Below are positions 31,135 to 43,378 of a stretch of DNA of 64,000 bases, one piece after another (position 1 is the first letter of the stretch; every line of letters begins with the position of its first letter). Below the pieces are notes generated by a model that had not been told where the DNA came from, made no database searches, and worked only from the letters and a program-made list of their open reading frames with translations. Origin of the DNA: an uncultured Phycisphaerales bacterium (GTDB lineage: Bacteria; Planctomycetota; Phycisphaerae; Tepidisphaerales; Tepidisphaeraceae); assembly GCA_963844715.1 (NCBI GenBank), contig CAWJPJ010000007.1, forward strand, positions 1,088,001 to 1,152,000, read 5' to 3'. The position numbers and the translations under genes are program-made.

Positions 31135-32525
31135 CCTCGGAGGCAATCGGAATGTACACCCGCGCCATCGCTCTGTGTTCAATCATTTCCCTCGCTCTGG
31201 CCGCCTGCACAAGCTCAAATCCGCCCGCGCCCGCGACTCAGCCGGCCGTCGCCGCCGCCGAGGAACAGATCGTCGTCGCCCCGCCAGTCATTCCGCCGAC
31301 CACCATCAACCTCACCGATTTCGGCGGCAACGGCGACGGAAAAACCTTCAACACCCAGGCCTTCAAAAAAGCGATCGCCGCCCTCAAAGCCCAGGGCGGC
31401 GGCAGACTCGAGCATCCCGCCCGGCGTCTATCTGACCCTCCCCTTCACCCTGATCAGCCACATGGATTTGCATCTTGACGCCGGCGCCACCATCAAATTT
31501 CCCGAAACCTTCGCCGACTGGGGCCTCCCCGATCCCTCCACAAGCAACTCAGGAAGACGTCGACGACGCCGCGGGTGAAATTGCGTTCGCTCATCGGCGG
31601 CCAGGGCCTGACCGATGTCGCCATCACCGGCGCCGGCACCATCGACGGCTCCGGCGCCATCTGGTGGATCTGGTCCGACAAAGCCGCCCGCCGCTATCCC
31701 CCCGGCCGCTTGATCTACCCCGCCCGCAGAATGATCGTCCTGCGCCAGTGCCAGCGCGTCCACGTCCAGGGCGTCACGCTCACGAATTCCCCCATGTTTC
31801 ATCTCGTCCCCTCCCGCTGCCAGGACGTCTTGATCGAAAACATCCGCATCGTCGCCCCCAGCGACGCCCCCAACACCGACGCCATCGATCCCACCGGCCA
31901 TCGCATCCTCATTCGCAACTGCGAACTCGACATCGGCGACGACAACGTCGCCCTCGGCGGCACCGCCGGCGGCACCCAGGACGTCATCATCGAATACTGC
32001 ACCTGCCTCCACGGCCACGGCATCTCCATCGGCAGCCCGACCGTCGGCGGACTCCACCACATCATCGTCCGCCACTGCACCTTCGACGGCGGCGACAACG
32101 GCATCCGCATCAAAAGCTACCGCGGCCGCGGCGGGCTCATCGACGACATCCGCTATTACGACCTCACCATGAAAAACATCGGCCGCGCCATCGACATCAA
32201 CATGCTCTACAACGGCAACGCCAACGTAAAAACCGACGTCGGTTCCCGCGCCGCCAACGGCCACACCGAAAACATCCCCGAACTCCGCGACGTCCAGTCA
32301 TCAGCGACGTCACCATCACCCGCGCCACCCACTCCGGCCGAATCCTCGGCCTCCCCGAAAAACCCGTCCAGGACATCACGCCTCAACAACGTAAAAATCG
32401 AAGCCGACGACGGCTTGCTCATCGAGGACGCCAAAAATATCCAATTCAACAACGTCACCCTAAACATCCACGTCGGCCCGCCTATCACCACCGATAACGC
32501 AGAGGTGATTTCGGGCCAGCCATGA
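31131..32525 (+). CDS. GH28 glycoside hydrolase, lipoprotein (several frameshifts)
   Basis: Lipobox 'LAAC', 'DFGGNGDGKTFNTQAF', 'PNTDAID', 'GDD', 'GHGISIGS', 'GIRIKS'. Confidence 0.88.
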
Positions 32526-32642
32526 CCCGGCGCATCGCCAAGTAGAGGGCTGACGGCTGTCTACTCACGGAAATGCCCCATACGCGACGTGCAATTCAGC
32601 GCAGCCAGCGTCCGGCCCGGGGAGAGCGTTTTCCTTCTTTCC

Positions 32643-32775
32643 CCCGGACGGTTAGGGGAAAAGGAGTGGGGATGGGTGGGTGCGGGAGGGATTCCGCCAG
32701 TTTCCGCAGGACGGGCCTGATGTGGTTCGCCCCTTCCCTCCCGCATTGCATTCACATCTGAAAAGAGCGCCGAAA
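32643..32775. repeat. Dispersed hairpin repeat family R1, copy A
   Basis: CCGGACGG...GGGTGGGTGCGGGAGGG...CCCTCCCGCATTGCATT...GAGCGCCGAA, shared with 53241 and 57325. Confidence 0.8.
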
Positions 32776-32953
32776 GGGACTCGAATCTCAAAAAGTGTCG
32801 AGCGTCAAAAGTAAACGAGGAGAGAATAAAGACGTTGGGCGCTAGAATGTGACCATCCCTCAACGGGAATTATTCCCGCCCCGCGCCCAAGTGACAACTC
32901 CCCCCAGTTTCCCTATGATTTCATACCCCCGAATGGGGAATTGAGGCCAGTAC

Positions 32954-34441
32954 ATGACAACTCAGACAACCGCTCCGGCTCGCGTCGCCCCGCAGGCGCC
33001 AAGACGGGTAACTATCAATACGACATCATCGTAATTGGCGGCGGCCCCGCGGGTTACGCCGCCGCCATCCGCGCCGGGCAGCTCAAACAGCGCGTCCTCT
33101 GCGTCGAGCGCGAAACCCTCGGCGGCACCTGCCTGAACTGGGGCTGCATCCCCACCAAGGCCCTGCTCGACGACGGCGCTTTCATCCGCAAGCTCCGCAC
33201 CAGCGCCGGCGAGCACGGCGTCGCCTACACCGACCTCACCATCGACTTCGCCAAACTCGTCACCCGCAGCCGCGGCATCGCCGATAAACTCAGCCGCGGA
33301 ATCGACCACCTCTTCCGCAAATACGAAGTCAAGCGCGAATCCGGCGTCGGCCAATTGCTCGGCGCCCCATCGCGTCAAGATCACTTCGCCCGAGGGCACC
33401 AAGGAAATCACCGCACAGCATGTCATCATCGCCACCGGCGCCGGGCCACGCCGCTCCCCGGCGCACCCTTCGACGGCGTCAACGTCATCACCAGCCGCGA
33501 GGCCATGAACCTCCAAGCAACAACCCAAACGCCTCGCCATCGTCGGCGCAGGCGCCATCGGCTGCGAGTTCGCCGACTTCTACAACGCCATCGGCACTGA
33601 AGTCGATCGTCATCGAAATGATGGACCATCTCCTCCCCATCGAAGACGAAGACGTCTCCCTGCTTCTCGAGCGCGTCTTCGCCAAGCGCGGCATCGATGT
33701 CCGCGTGAAGACCAAAACCGATAAGGTCGAAGTCACGCCCACCGGCGTCAAGCTCACCCTCTCCGGCAACAAACCCGGCGTCGTCGAAGCCGACGTTGTC
33801 CTCGTCGCCATCGGCGTCACCGGCAACACCGAAAACCTCGCCGTCCCCGAAGCAAAACTTGACATCGTCCGCAATCGCGTGAAGGTCGACCCGAATTACA
33901 AAACCAATCTCGAAAACGTCTGGGCCATCGGCGATTGCGTGGCCGTCCAGTGGCCCTCCGGGTCGACGTACGAAGGGATTCGCCATCCCGACCTCGCCCA
34001 CGTCGCCCATCACGAGGCCATCATGCGTCATCGAAAAAATCGCCGGCACTTCCGATCACAAGATCGACTACAACGCCATCCCCGGCTGCACCTACACCCA
34101 CCCCCAGGTCGCCAGTTTCGGCCTCACCGAAAGAAAGGCCCGCGAACTCCAGCAAGAAAATGAAGATCGGGAAATTCCCCTTCAGCGCCAGCGGCCGGGC
34201 TCTGGCCATGGGCGAACCCGACGGATTCGTCAAACTGATCTTCGACGCCCAATACGGCGAACTCCTCGGCGTCCACATGATCGGCGAAAACGTCACCGAT
34301 CTCCTCGCCGAACTGGTCATGGCCAAGACCCTTGAAGCCACCGAAGACGAAATCATCGAGGCGATCCACCCCCACCCCACGTTCAGCGAAGCCGTCATGG
34401 AAGCCGCCGGCGTCGCCGAGGGCCGCTCGATCCACTTGTAA
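32954..34441 (+). CDS. lpdA: Dihydrolipoamide dehydrogenase (several frameshifts)
   Basis: 'GGGPAGY', 'GGTCLNWGCIPTK', 'AIGDC', 'LAHVA', 'HPHPTFSE'. Confidence 0.95.
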
Positions 34442-34456
34442 ATTGGAGGACCAGAG

Positions 34457-34704
34457 ATGAAGTCGATCACATTCGTCCTGCTCGGCGTCCTGCTCACTCG
34501 GCGCTGCTCTTCCAGCGGCAATCTCCACCACCGGCGTGCAAGCCGCCTTCATCGCCGAGCACCCTATTCGCAAATATCGACCAGTCCAGAAACAATCTCC
34601 GACCCCCAGGGTAACGATCAGTACATCATCACTTACGCCAACCCCGACGGCTGCAAAGCCGTCGCACTGCCTACGGCTCCAGCGGCGAAGCCGAATCCTA
34701 CTAA
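34457..34704 (+). CDS. Small putative secreted protein or lipoprotein (frameshifted)
   Basis: GGAGG RBS and hydrophobic N-terminus 'MKSITFVLLGVLL..CSS'. The 3' end is uncertain. Confidence 0.4.
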
Positions 34705-34710
34705 CTCCAC

Positions 34711-35379
34711 ATGCCCCATCGCGCACTGATCGTCCAAGGCGGTTGGGAGGGGCACGAACCCCGGCAGAGTCGCCCACATTTTTCGCCGATCTCCTGACCC
34801 GCTCTGATTTCCAAATCGAAATCAGCGCAAAGTTAAAAGTCCTAACCGAAGCCAAAATCTGAGTGACATCGATCTCCTCGTCCCCGTCTGGACCATGGGG
34901 ACGATCAAGTCGAAAAAATTTGAACCCCGTGCTGAAAGCCGCAGAACGCGGCATGGGAATCGCCGGCTGCCACGGCGGAATGTGCGACGCCTTCCGAGAT
35001 TCCACCGATTGGCAGTTCCTCACCGGCGGCCAATTCGTCGCCCACCCCGGCGGCGACGCCACACAATACACCGTCCGCATCGCCCCCAAAAAAGCCCCAT
35101 CACCGAATGCCATCCCCGATTTCGAAGTCTCCAGCGAACAATACTACATGCACGTCGATCCCGCCGTGAAAGTGCTCGCCACAACAAAATTCCCCACCGT
35201 CGATGGCCCCCACGCCCCCAACGGCCCCGTCGACATGCCCGGTCATCTGGACCAAACTATACGGCAAAGGCCGAGTCTTCTATTGCTCCCTGGGCCACAA
35301 CGCCAAAATCGTCGCGCTCCCCCAAGTCTCCGAACTCATGCGCCGCGGATTTCTCTGGTCGGTCGGAAAACTCCCGTGA
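34711..35379 (+). CDS. ThuA-like domain protein (frameshifted)
   Basis: 'MPHRALIVQGGWEGHEP', 'HGGMCDAFR', 'GGQFVAHPG', 'SEQYYMHVDP', 'GRVFYCSLGH'. Confidence 0.8.
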
Positions 35380-35396
35380 TCCGCTTCGCCTCTTTA

Positions 35397-35569
35397 AACC
35401 GCCAAGCCGCCAAGAACGCCAAGATCAAAACGCCAAGAAAGAAGAATTGAATTCGTTGCCGGTATCAACTTCGCGGCGGCGCATTTTTTTGCCCCAGGAA
35501 TCTTGCTTTCAACCCCCCAAATAAAACTTGGCGGAATTTATCTTGGCGTTCTTGGCGCACTTGGCGGTT
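35397..35569. repeat. Inverted-repeat element built of CGCCAAG units
   Basis: AACCGCCAAGCCGCCAAGAACGCCAAGAT ... ATCTTGGCGTTCTTGGCGCACTTGGCGGTT between convergent genes. Confidence 0.8.
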
Positions 35570-35702
35570 CTATCGCCTTTTAACTGCACCCCCGAGCAAC
35601 GGTCCCCAAAAACGCGCCCCATAATTAGAAAACGGCCGGCAAGCGTCCCGCATACCGGCCGTTTTTGGTGTTTGCGAATCCTTTCGCATCATCCCTGATT
35701 CA

Positions 35703-36560
35703 TCAATTGATATCCTCTCCGCATTGTTCCGATACAAGTTCTTCCAAAAACATGCCAGCCCCTCATCCCGGTTGTGCCCGATCACTCTCCCCGCCACCGC
35801 CCGCAGTTCCGGATGCGCATTCCCCATCGCCACGCCCAATCCCGCGCACCGCACCATCGGCAAATCGTTAATATCATCTCCCACCGCGATGATCTGCCTC
35901 GGATCGATCTGCCGCTCTTTTGCGACCTGTAAAATCCCTTCCCACTTATTCACCGCCGGGTCGAACACCTCCACCACCTGCACCCCATATGCCGGCACAA
36001 CAATACTGTGGCTGACGATCCGCGATCCAAATTGCCCGTTCAATTTCCCTTGGAGAGCTTCGCCGAGCTTGATATCCGCCACAATCCCCACCCGAATCGT
36101 GTGCACATGGTCGTAGTGGGGGAGATTCTCCACCCATCGTGCCGAAGCGCTCGTCACCGCCAGCCACTTCGTCGTGGCTTCGCTGAGTTGCATCCCCTTG
36201 CTGATCAGGTAATCCACCCCCGCGGACCCCGTATCCTGCATGCAAAGCACCGCGTGTCCGTGCGATTCAAAAAATTCGCAAAGCTCGCGCGCCAGTTCCG
36301 GCTCCATCAACGTCCGATGCAGCGTCGCCTGGTGTTTCGTGTCGATCACCATGGCCCCCCCGACGAATACGGCTGAGTCATAATGGCCAACGGCATCAAG
36401 CACTGCGCGGCTTTCGGTAAAATTCCGTCCGGTTGCAAAACAAACCAAAAAACCGGCTTCCAGTATGCGCTGAATCGCGGCGCGGGTCCGGGGAGTCACC
36501 TCACCCTGTGGGTGAGAGCAACGTCCCATCCAAGTCGATGGCGATCATCTTGAACTTCAC
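35703..36560 (-). CDS. Cof-type HAD-IIB hydrolase (frameshifted at both ends)
   Basis: 'IAIDLDGTLL', 'ATGR', 'VNKWEG', 'AVGDDINDLPM', 'VAMGNA'. Confidence 0.9.
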
Positions 36561-36691
36561 GCCGTCACCATCGCCTGCCGCCCGCAACCTAGCAACAGCG
36601 CGCGCGCAATGCAAATTCAAAATCGCTTCGCGACCACTTTTTCACACAATTAGTTGTGGATAACTCGACGCGCTACGCCAAAGGTGGCACA

Positions 36692-38855
36692 TCACGGCGC
36701 CGGCGCGCTCGTCGGGCGGATCGCCGCCGCCGGGCTCTGCGGTACCTGCGGCCCGGAGAATTTTCGCACGATCAAGAGCGACGCGTCCGTCTCCCGCGCA
36801 ATCCGTTCCGGCCGGAATCCAAACAAGTGCGACGCCATCCCCCATTGCTCCTCCACCCCGACAATCACGAAGTCGAATTGCTTCGCCTGATTGATCACCG
36901 CCTCCACCGGCGACGCATCCTCAATCACCTGAAAATGCACCGGCGTCGGCTCAGTCGGATCGGAAAATGCCCGCTCCACCACCGTCCGCGCGTGCAAAAC
37001 CGTATCCGGATCATGCCGCTTCGGCGGCACTACATGCAACACCGTCAATTCCGCGCCGGCGTTGCGCGCCATGCGTCCCGCCAAATCCAACGCCAATCGA
37101 TCGTGCTTCCCTCCGAGGTAGGGCACCAATAGCGTCTTCACTTCCTCCGCTACCGAGGAAGCCGCCGCTCGCTCCACAAAGATCGCCACATCCGTATCGC
37201 TGGCCGTCAGCACCCGATGCACCGTACCCCCCAGGATCGCTTTGCCGAACACCGGCTTGTGAAACCCCATCAGAATCAAATCCGCAAACCGCAGCCGCGC
37301 TACCCGCGCAATATCGCTCGGAATATCCCGGCTCACAAAGCTGATCGGCTCCGCCGGCGTATTGTTCCGCCGGGCATACGCCAGCAGCGGATCCAGCGGA
37401 TCGCTTCCTCCGCCAAAAGAATCGGGCAATCCCCCCCGGAAAATCTCCCGATCGCTCGCCCGCTGAAGGTGCAGCGCGACAATCTGCTTCTCGCTCTGTG
37501 CCCCCGGCGCAAGCAAAGTCGCCATTCGCGCCAGCGAAACCCCGCTCGCCGGCAGCGCCACCGGTATCAATACCGTGAACGGCCGCTTCCCCGATTCCTT
37601 CGCCTGCCGCAGCGCCTCCAATTCCGCCGCCGGATAAACCCAATGCAACAAAGGCGTCGTCAGTGCCGTTGTGACAATCGCCATGATCACCATCATGGCA
37701 AAAACCGGCCTAGGGATAATCCCCAGATCGCCGCCAATATTCAGAATGACCAGTTCCATCAGCCCGCGCGTATTCATGAGGCACCCGATCGCCGACGCCT
37801 CCCGCCAAGCCAGCCCGCATGCCTTCGCGGCAATCGTCGCCCCGCCGAATTTTCCGCCGCACGCCGTCAGGATAATCAGCAGCGCGTACCCCCACAGCGA
37901 CCACTCATTCAGCAGCCCGATCTGAGTTCGCAACCCTGTATAAGCGAAGAAAATCGGCAGCAGAAACACAACCGTGAAATCCTCAAGTTTCTCCGACACC
38001 GTTCGTACAAACGTCGTCCCCTTCGGCATGATCGCCCCCATTAGGAACGCGCCAAACAGGGCGTGGATCCCGATCGATTCCGTCACCATCGCCGAGGCAA
38101 GGATCAGCAGCAGTATGATCGCCAGCAGGTTTTGGCTCAGACGTCCCGTGCTGTCGAACACGAGCTGCAATCGCCGCAAGAAGGGACGCACGACCAGGAA
38201 CATGCTCAAAACATAAATCGACGCGTACAGCCGCCGTGACCAGTCCCGTCGCAACGCCGCTCGCTCGCGCCACGGCGATCACCACCGCCAAAATGCACCA
38301 TGCCGTCACGTCGTCGACCGCCGCGCAAGTAATCGCCAGCGTCCCCACCCGAGTGCGATGCAGATTACGTTCCGTCAAAATCCTCGCCAGCACCGGAAAC
38401 GCCGTGATGCTCATCGCCGCCCCCATAAACAGGGCCACGCTCAAAAACCGCAGCGGCGGCGTCTGGTGGAACAGCCGCGGGAACAAAAACCACGTCAGCC
38501 CTATCCCCAATACAAACGGCGTCACAATGCTGAATTGACTGATGACGATCGCGCTTTTCCCATGTCCCCGCAGCAATTTCGGGTCCAGTTCCAGCCCGAT
38601 CAGGAAAAGGAACAGAATCACGCCGATCTGACTCAGCGTGCTCAGATACGGCACGCTTTCCGCCGGAAAAACACTCGAAAACACATGCGGTAAAACCAAT
38701 CCGAACACGCTGGGCCCCAGCATGATCCCCGCGACCATCTCCCCCATCACCTGCGGCTGCCGAACCCGCAGGAAAAGAACGCTCACGATCCGGCTCAGGC
38801 CCAGAATCAGGCCCGCCTGAACAACCAGCAGCAGAATGGCGTCAGCCGACATCAT
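36692..38855 (-). CDS. CPA2 cation:proton antiporter with C-terminal USP-like domains (frameshift near 38240)
   Basis: 'QPQVMGEMVAGIMLGPS', 'SITAFPVLARIL', 'MNTRGLMEL', USP-like tail 'ADLILMGFH'. Confidence 0.9.
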
Positions 38856-38989
38856 AAAAATTAAGCTCTAAATGCTAACATTAGCCGTTCCAATCCGTCT
38901 AAGAATGGGTTGAATGGGATTTGGTTCGAATTTTGCATCGGGTCGTCCGGAGGCGCTGGCCGGCTATAATCCGCCGCCGGAGTGGGCAA

Positions 38990-39526
38990 ATGTCCAATCG
39001 CCTGATCGAAAAGCAACTAATTTATTCAGGAAAGAAGATTCAGCTTGAAGTTCACCGGCTGGAAGCCGAAAACGGGCGAATTGCGATCCGAGAGGTGTGC
39101 GTACACCCCGGCGCCGTCGTCATCCTTGCATTTTTGAACGACGGCCGAGTCCTGTTAATTCGCAATCGCCGTTACTCCGTCGGGCAAACCCTTATCGAGT
39201 TGCCCGCCGGAACCCTCGAAAAGGGTGAGGACCCGATGAATTGCGCCGGCCGCGAATTGCTCGAAGAGACCGGCTATCTCGCCGGCAAACTCTCGCGGGT
39301 CGGCAGCTTTTACTCCTCCCCCGGCGTTTTGTCCGAGAAGCTACACGCCTTCGCGGCCTACGATCTTCAGGAACGCCACACCGCCCTCGAAGAGGGCGAG
39401 GAGATCGAGTTGTTGCCCGCCACCTTCGACCAGGCCATCGAAATGATCCGCACCGGCGAAATCTGCGACGCAAAAACAATCGCCACCCTGCTTATGTTCG
39501 ATAAATTCCATAGGACCCAGAGGTAA
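38990..39526 (+). CDS. NUDIX hydrolase (ADP-ribose pyrophosphatase-like)
   Basis: 'ELPAGTLEKGEDPMNCAGRELLEETG', 'SPG', 'DAKT'. Confidence 0.9.
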   Translation: MSNRLIEKQLIYSGKKIQLEVHRLEAENGRIAIREVCVHPGAVVILAFLNDGRVLLIRNRRYSVGQTLIELPAGTLEKGEDPMNCAGRELLEETGYLAGKLSRVGSFYSSPGVLSEKLHAFAAYDLQERHTALEEGEEIELLPATFDQAIEMIRTGEICDAKTIATLLMFDKFHRTQR

Positions 39527-39538
39527 GGACGTAAAAAA

Positions 39539-40587
39539 ATGGGTTGGGAAGACCGACCTTATTACCGGGATCGCGGCCGTTCAGTGATGAGCCCCCTCCG
39601 CTGGCTCGTCAGCGGTTCCATGCCTCTCTTCACCGTCTTCGGCATCCGCGTCCGTGCCCACGCCTCCCTCGTCCTCTTCATCGCCCTGACCATCCTCCTC
39701 AGCGGCGCCTCCGGTTACGCCATCGGCGCTCGCGCCGTCAGCATGGCGGCCCTGTTTACCATCGTCGTCCTTCACGAATTCGGACACTGCTTCATGGCTC
39801 GCTTCCTCGGCGGTCGCGGCGATGACGTCTTGCTCTGGCCCCTGGGCGGTTTAGCTTCCGCCGATCCCCCGCATCGCCCGCTTCCCGTATTTCTCACCGT
39901 CGCCGCCGGCCCGGCCGTCAATCTTCTCATCTGCGTCGTCTGCGCGGGGATCATCCACATCCTCACCGCCGGATATTGGGTCCGCCTCAATCCGCTCAAC
40001 GCGATGCCCATCGGCATCGAGGGATGGAACACCGCCATCCCCTATCTCTATTGGGTCTACTTCGTCAGCTACGCCATGCTCCTCTTCAACCTGCTCCCGA
40101 TCTTCCCACTCGACGGCGGACAAATGGTGCAGTCGATCCTCTGGCCGATCGTCGGCTACATGCGTTCGATGATCATCGCCACCACCACCGGCATGGTCGG
40201 CTCCGTCGCCCTCGGTCTCTTCGGAATCTACGAAAAATTCAGCCTCTTCCTGATCCTGCTCGCCGCCTGCTTGTTCTACGCCTGTTATCAACAGCGCCAG
40301 GCCCTCCGCGAAGTCGCCGCCGACGACTGGTCCGACGGCAGCACGTATTCCCCCAGCTTTTACGTCCCTCCGGAAACCCCGCGCCGCCGCAAGGTCAATC
40401 GCCGCGCCATCAAGCGCGCCCGAAAATCGCCCGCCAGGAAGCCGCCGAACGCCAGAAAATCGACGCCATTCTCGCCAAGGTCTCCGCCCACGGCATGCAT
40501 AGCCTCAACTGGATCGAGCGCCGCACCCTCCGCAAAGCCACCGAGCGCCAACGCCGCCACGCCGCTGAAATGTCCCGCTACCTGTAA
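39539..40587 (+). CDS. Site-2 protease (M50) with small C-terminal domain (frameshift near 40420)
   Basis: 'HEFGH', 'AGPAVN', 'NLLPIFPLDGG'; tail 'IDAILAKVSAHGMHSL'. Confidence 0.9.
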
Positions 40588-40618
40588 GACCGCGTCCCCG
40601 CCCCTATAATCCAATTCA

Positions 40619-41770
40619 ATGGATCTCGTTTACCTCGATAACAACGCCACCACCCAACCCGCGCCCGAAGTCGTCGAGGCCATGCTCCCCTATCTCCGCG
40701 AGTTCTACGGCAACCCTTCCAGTGTCCACCGCTTCGGACAGCGCGCCCGCAAAGCCATCGACGACGCCCGCGCCCAGGTCGCCCATCTCATCGGCTGCGC
40801 CGATTCCGAAATCATCTTCACCTCCACCGGCACCGAGGGGATCAACACCGCGATCCAGTCCCTCTTAGCCGCCCGCGCCCGCGCAAGCGCATCATCACCA
40901 GCGCCGTCGAACATTCCGCCACGTCCCAACTCTGCGACCAACTCCAAAAGCAGGGGATCGAAATCGATCGCATCGCCGTCGACACAAACGGCATTCTCGA
41001 CCTTGGCGAGCTTTCCAAAAAACTCACGGGCGACGTCGCGCTCGTCTCGATGCTCTGGGTCAACAACGAAACCGGCGTCATCTTCCCCGTCGAGAAAATC
41101 GGATCGCTCTGTCGCGAAGCCCGCATCCCCTTTCACGTCGACGGCGTCCAAGCCGCCGGCAAGATACCCGTGAACCTCTCCGACCTGCCCATCGACGCCA
41201 TGACTTTCGCCGGCCACAAATTCCACGGCCCCAAAGGCGCCGCAGGACTCTTCGCCCGCCGCGGATTGCGCATGCGCCCGCTCCTCGTCGGCGGCCCCCA
41301 GGAGCGCGGGCGGCGGGGGGGCACCGAAAACGTGCCAGCCATCGTCGGACTCGGCGCCGCCGCCCAACTTGCCGCCCAGTTCCTTCCCGAAATGTCGTCG
41401 CGTCGCCGCCCAGCGCGACCGCCTCGAACGCGGAATTCTCGATACGATCTCCGACACCACCATTAACGGCTCCCCCGATCTACGTTGTCCCAACACCACC
41501 AACATCTCCTTCGCCCAGCTCGAAGCCGAAGCGATCTTGCTCCTCCTCAGTGAGCAGGGGATCTGCGCCAGCGCCGGTGCCGCGTGCAGCAGCGGCAGTC
41601 TTGAGCCCTCCCCCGTCCTGCTGGCGATGGGAATCGAACGCCGCCGCGCCCACGGCGCCGTCCGCTTCAGCCTCTCCCGCTACACCACCGACTCCGAAAT
41701 CGATCGCACCCTCCAGCTTCTCCCTCCGCTTATCGATCGGCTCCGCCGAGTCCTCCCGGTTGGCGCTTAG
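40619..41770 (+). CDS. iscS: Cysteine desulfurase (NifS/IscS), frameshifted
   Basis: 'YLDNNATT', 'GNPSSVH', 'NNETG', 'HKFHGPKG', 'GTEN', 'SAGAACSSG'. Confidence 0.9.
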
Positions 41771-41940
41771 AGCGGTTTGCGGCTCCACGTAGCGAGCCAG
41801 TTGGCCTCGGCTGCAACGGAGGCAAGGATGAGCGGCGAAGCGTATCAGAGTTCCGCTAGTTTCCGCAGGAAGCCGCGAAGACGCGGCATCCGTTGCAGCC
41901 GTGGACAAATGGCCGCTACGCGGAGCCGCAATCCGCTCTA
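41768..41940. mobile_element. MITE-like palindromic element (~170 bp)
   Basis: ~53-bp imperfect arms TAGAGCGGTTTGCGGCTCCACGTAGCG..CGGCTGCAACGGA / TCCGTTGCAGCCG..CGCTACGCGGAGCCGCAATCCGCTCTA, with TA at both ends. Confidence 0.75.
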
Positions 41941-41941
41941 G

Positions 41942-43316
41942 CAGGACGCTGAAAAACCCTCTTGACGAATGTTCTCGGTGGCGCTGAACTGTGTGACACC
42001 CAGACACGGAGGTCATTCATGCGAGGCAAGGCCGATCCCCAATCCATTTTGTTCATCGCGGCCATCGATCTGGAACAACGCGTCCGTCCTGATCATCCGC
42101 TGCGGGCCGTGAAGCGCATGGTCGATGAAGACTTGAAGGCCATGAGTCGGCGTTTTGATGCCGCCTACGCGGCCGAAGGCCGGCCCAGCGTGCCGCCGGA
42201 GCGGCTGATCAAGGCGTTGCTTTTGCAATCGATCTATTCGATTCGCTCCGAGGCGCAGCTCGTGGAACGGATTGATCACGACCTGCTGTTCCGTTGGTTT
42301 TTGGACCTGCGGATCGACGAAGAGGTATTCGACGCCACCGTCTTCTCGCACAATCGCGGGCGGCTCGAAGAGCACGGGCTGATCGGCGCGTTTTTCGACG
42401 GCAGGGTGCGTCGGGCCATCGCCGCGGGACTGGTCAGCCCCGACCACTTCTCGGTGGATGGCTCGCTGATCGAGGCGTATGCGTCGATCAAGAGCTTCAA
42501 ACCCAGGGATGAAAAGGACAAAAAAGACAATGATGCGGGAGATAACAACGGTTTTAAGGGCCGCAACGCCGAGGTGGACTTCCACGGCCAGAAGCGGTCC
42601 AACGACACCCACGAATCAACCACCGATTCCGACGCGAAGCTGGTCCGCAAGAGCGACGGCAAGCCGGCGTTGCTCAGCCATGCGCTGCACGCGATCGTGG
42701 AGAACCGCCACGGGCTGGTGCTGGCGGTGGAAGTCAACTCGCCGCTGGAGAACAGCGAGCCGGTCACCGCGTTGTCGCTGATCGATCGGGTCAAGAAACG
42801 TTTTGGGCTCAAACCCAAGACGGTTGGGGCCGACAAGGGGTACGACCAGGGTCCGCTGTTGCGTGGGCTGGAGCGAAGAAGAATCCGTCCGCACGTGGCG
42901 GTGAAGGAGGGCAAGATCGGCGGCGACACCGCCGCCTATCGCTGGAAGAACCGAGCCAACATCGCGGCCCGCCAGCGGATGCGTCGGCGCGCCAAGACCC
43001 TCGGTTACGCCATCAGCCAGCGTTGCCGCAAGAAGATCGAGGAATGGATCGGCTGGGCCAAGACGATCGGCGGCCTGTATCGCACCCGGTTGATCGGACA
43101 TTCAAAAACCGGCCAGCAGGCCCACCTGGCCGGGGCGGCGTTCAATCTGATCCGGATGCGCAACCTGAGTACCGTGTGAAACTCAACCTGGGCATGCAAT
43201 CCGCCAACGAACTCGAACGAACTGAAGCCCTTGGAACGATCCGAGATGGAACCCGCCATTGAAAAGCGGCCAACAGACAGGAAAATGCGCCAACTCCCGA
43301 GTTTTTCAGCGTCCTG
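41942..43316 (+). mobile_element. IS5-family element with a single transposase (42019..43179)
   Basis: 16-bp TIR CAGGACGCTGAAAAAC / GTTTTTCAGCGTCCTG with CTAG duplicated (41938-41941, 43317-43320); 'GRPSVPPERL', 'HFSVDGSLI', 'GADKGY', 'RKKIEE'. Confidence 0.93.
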
Positions 43317-43378
43317 CTAGAAGCCGCTTCCAGGCACATCTTTACATTCTCCATCTTCTGCCGGACACTTCAGCGCCC

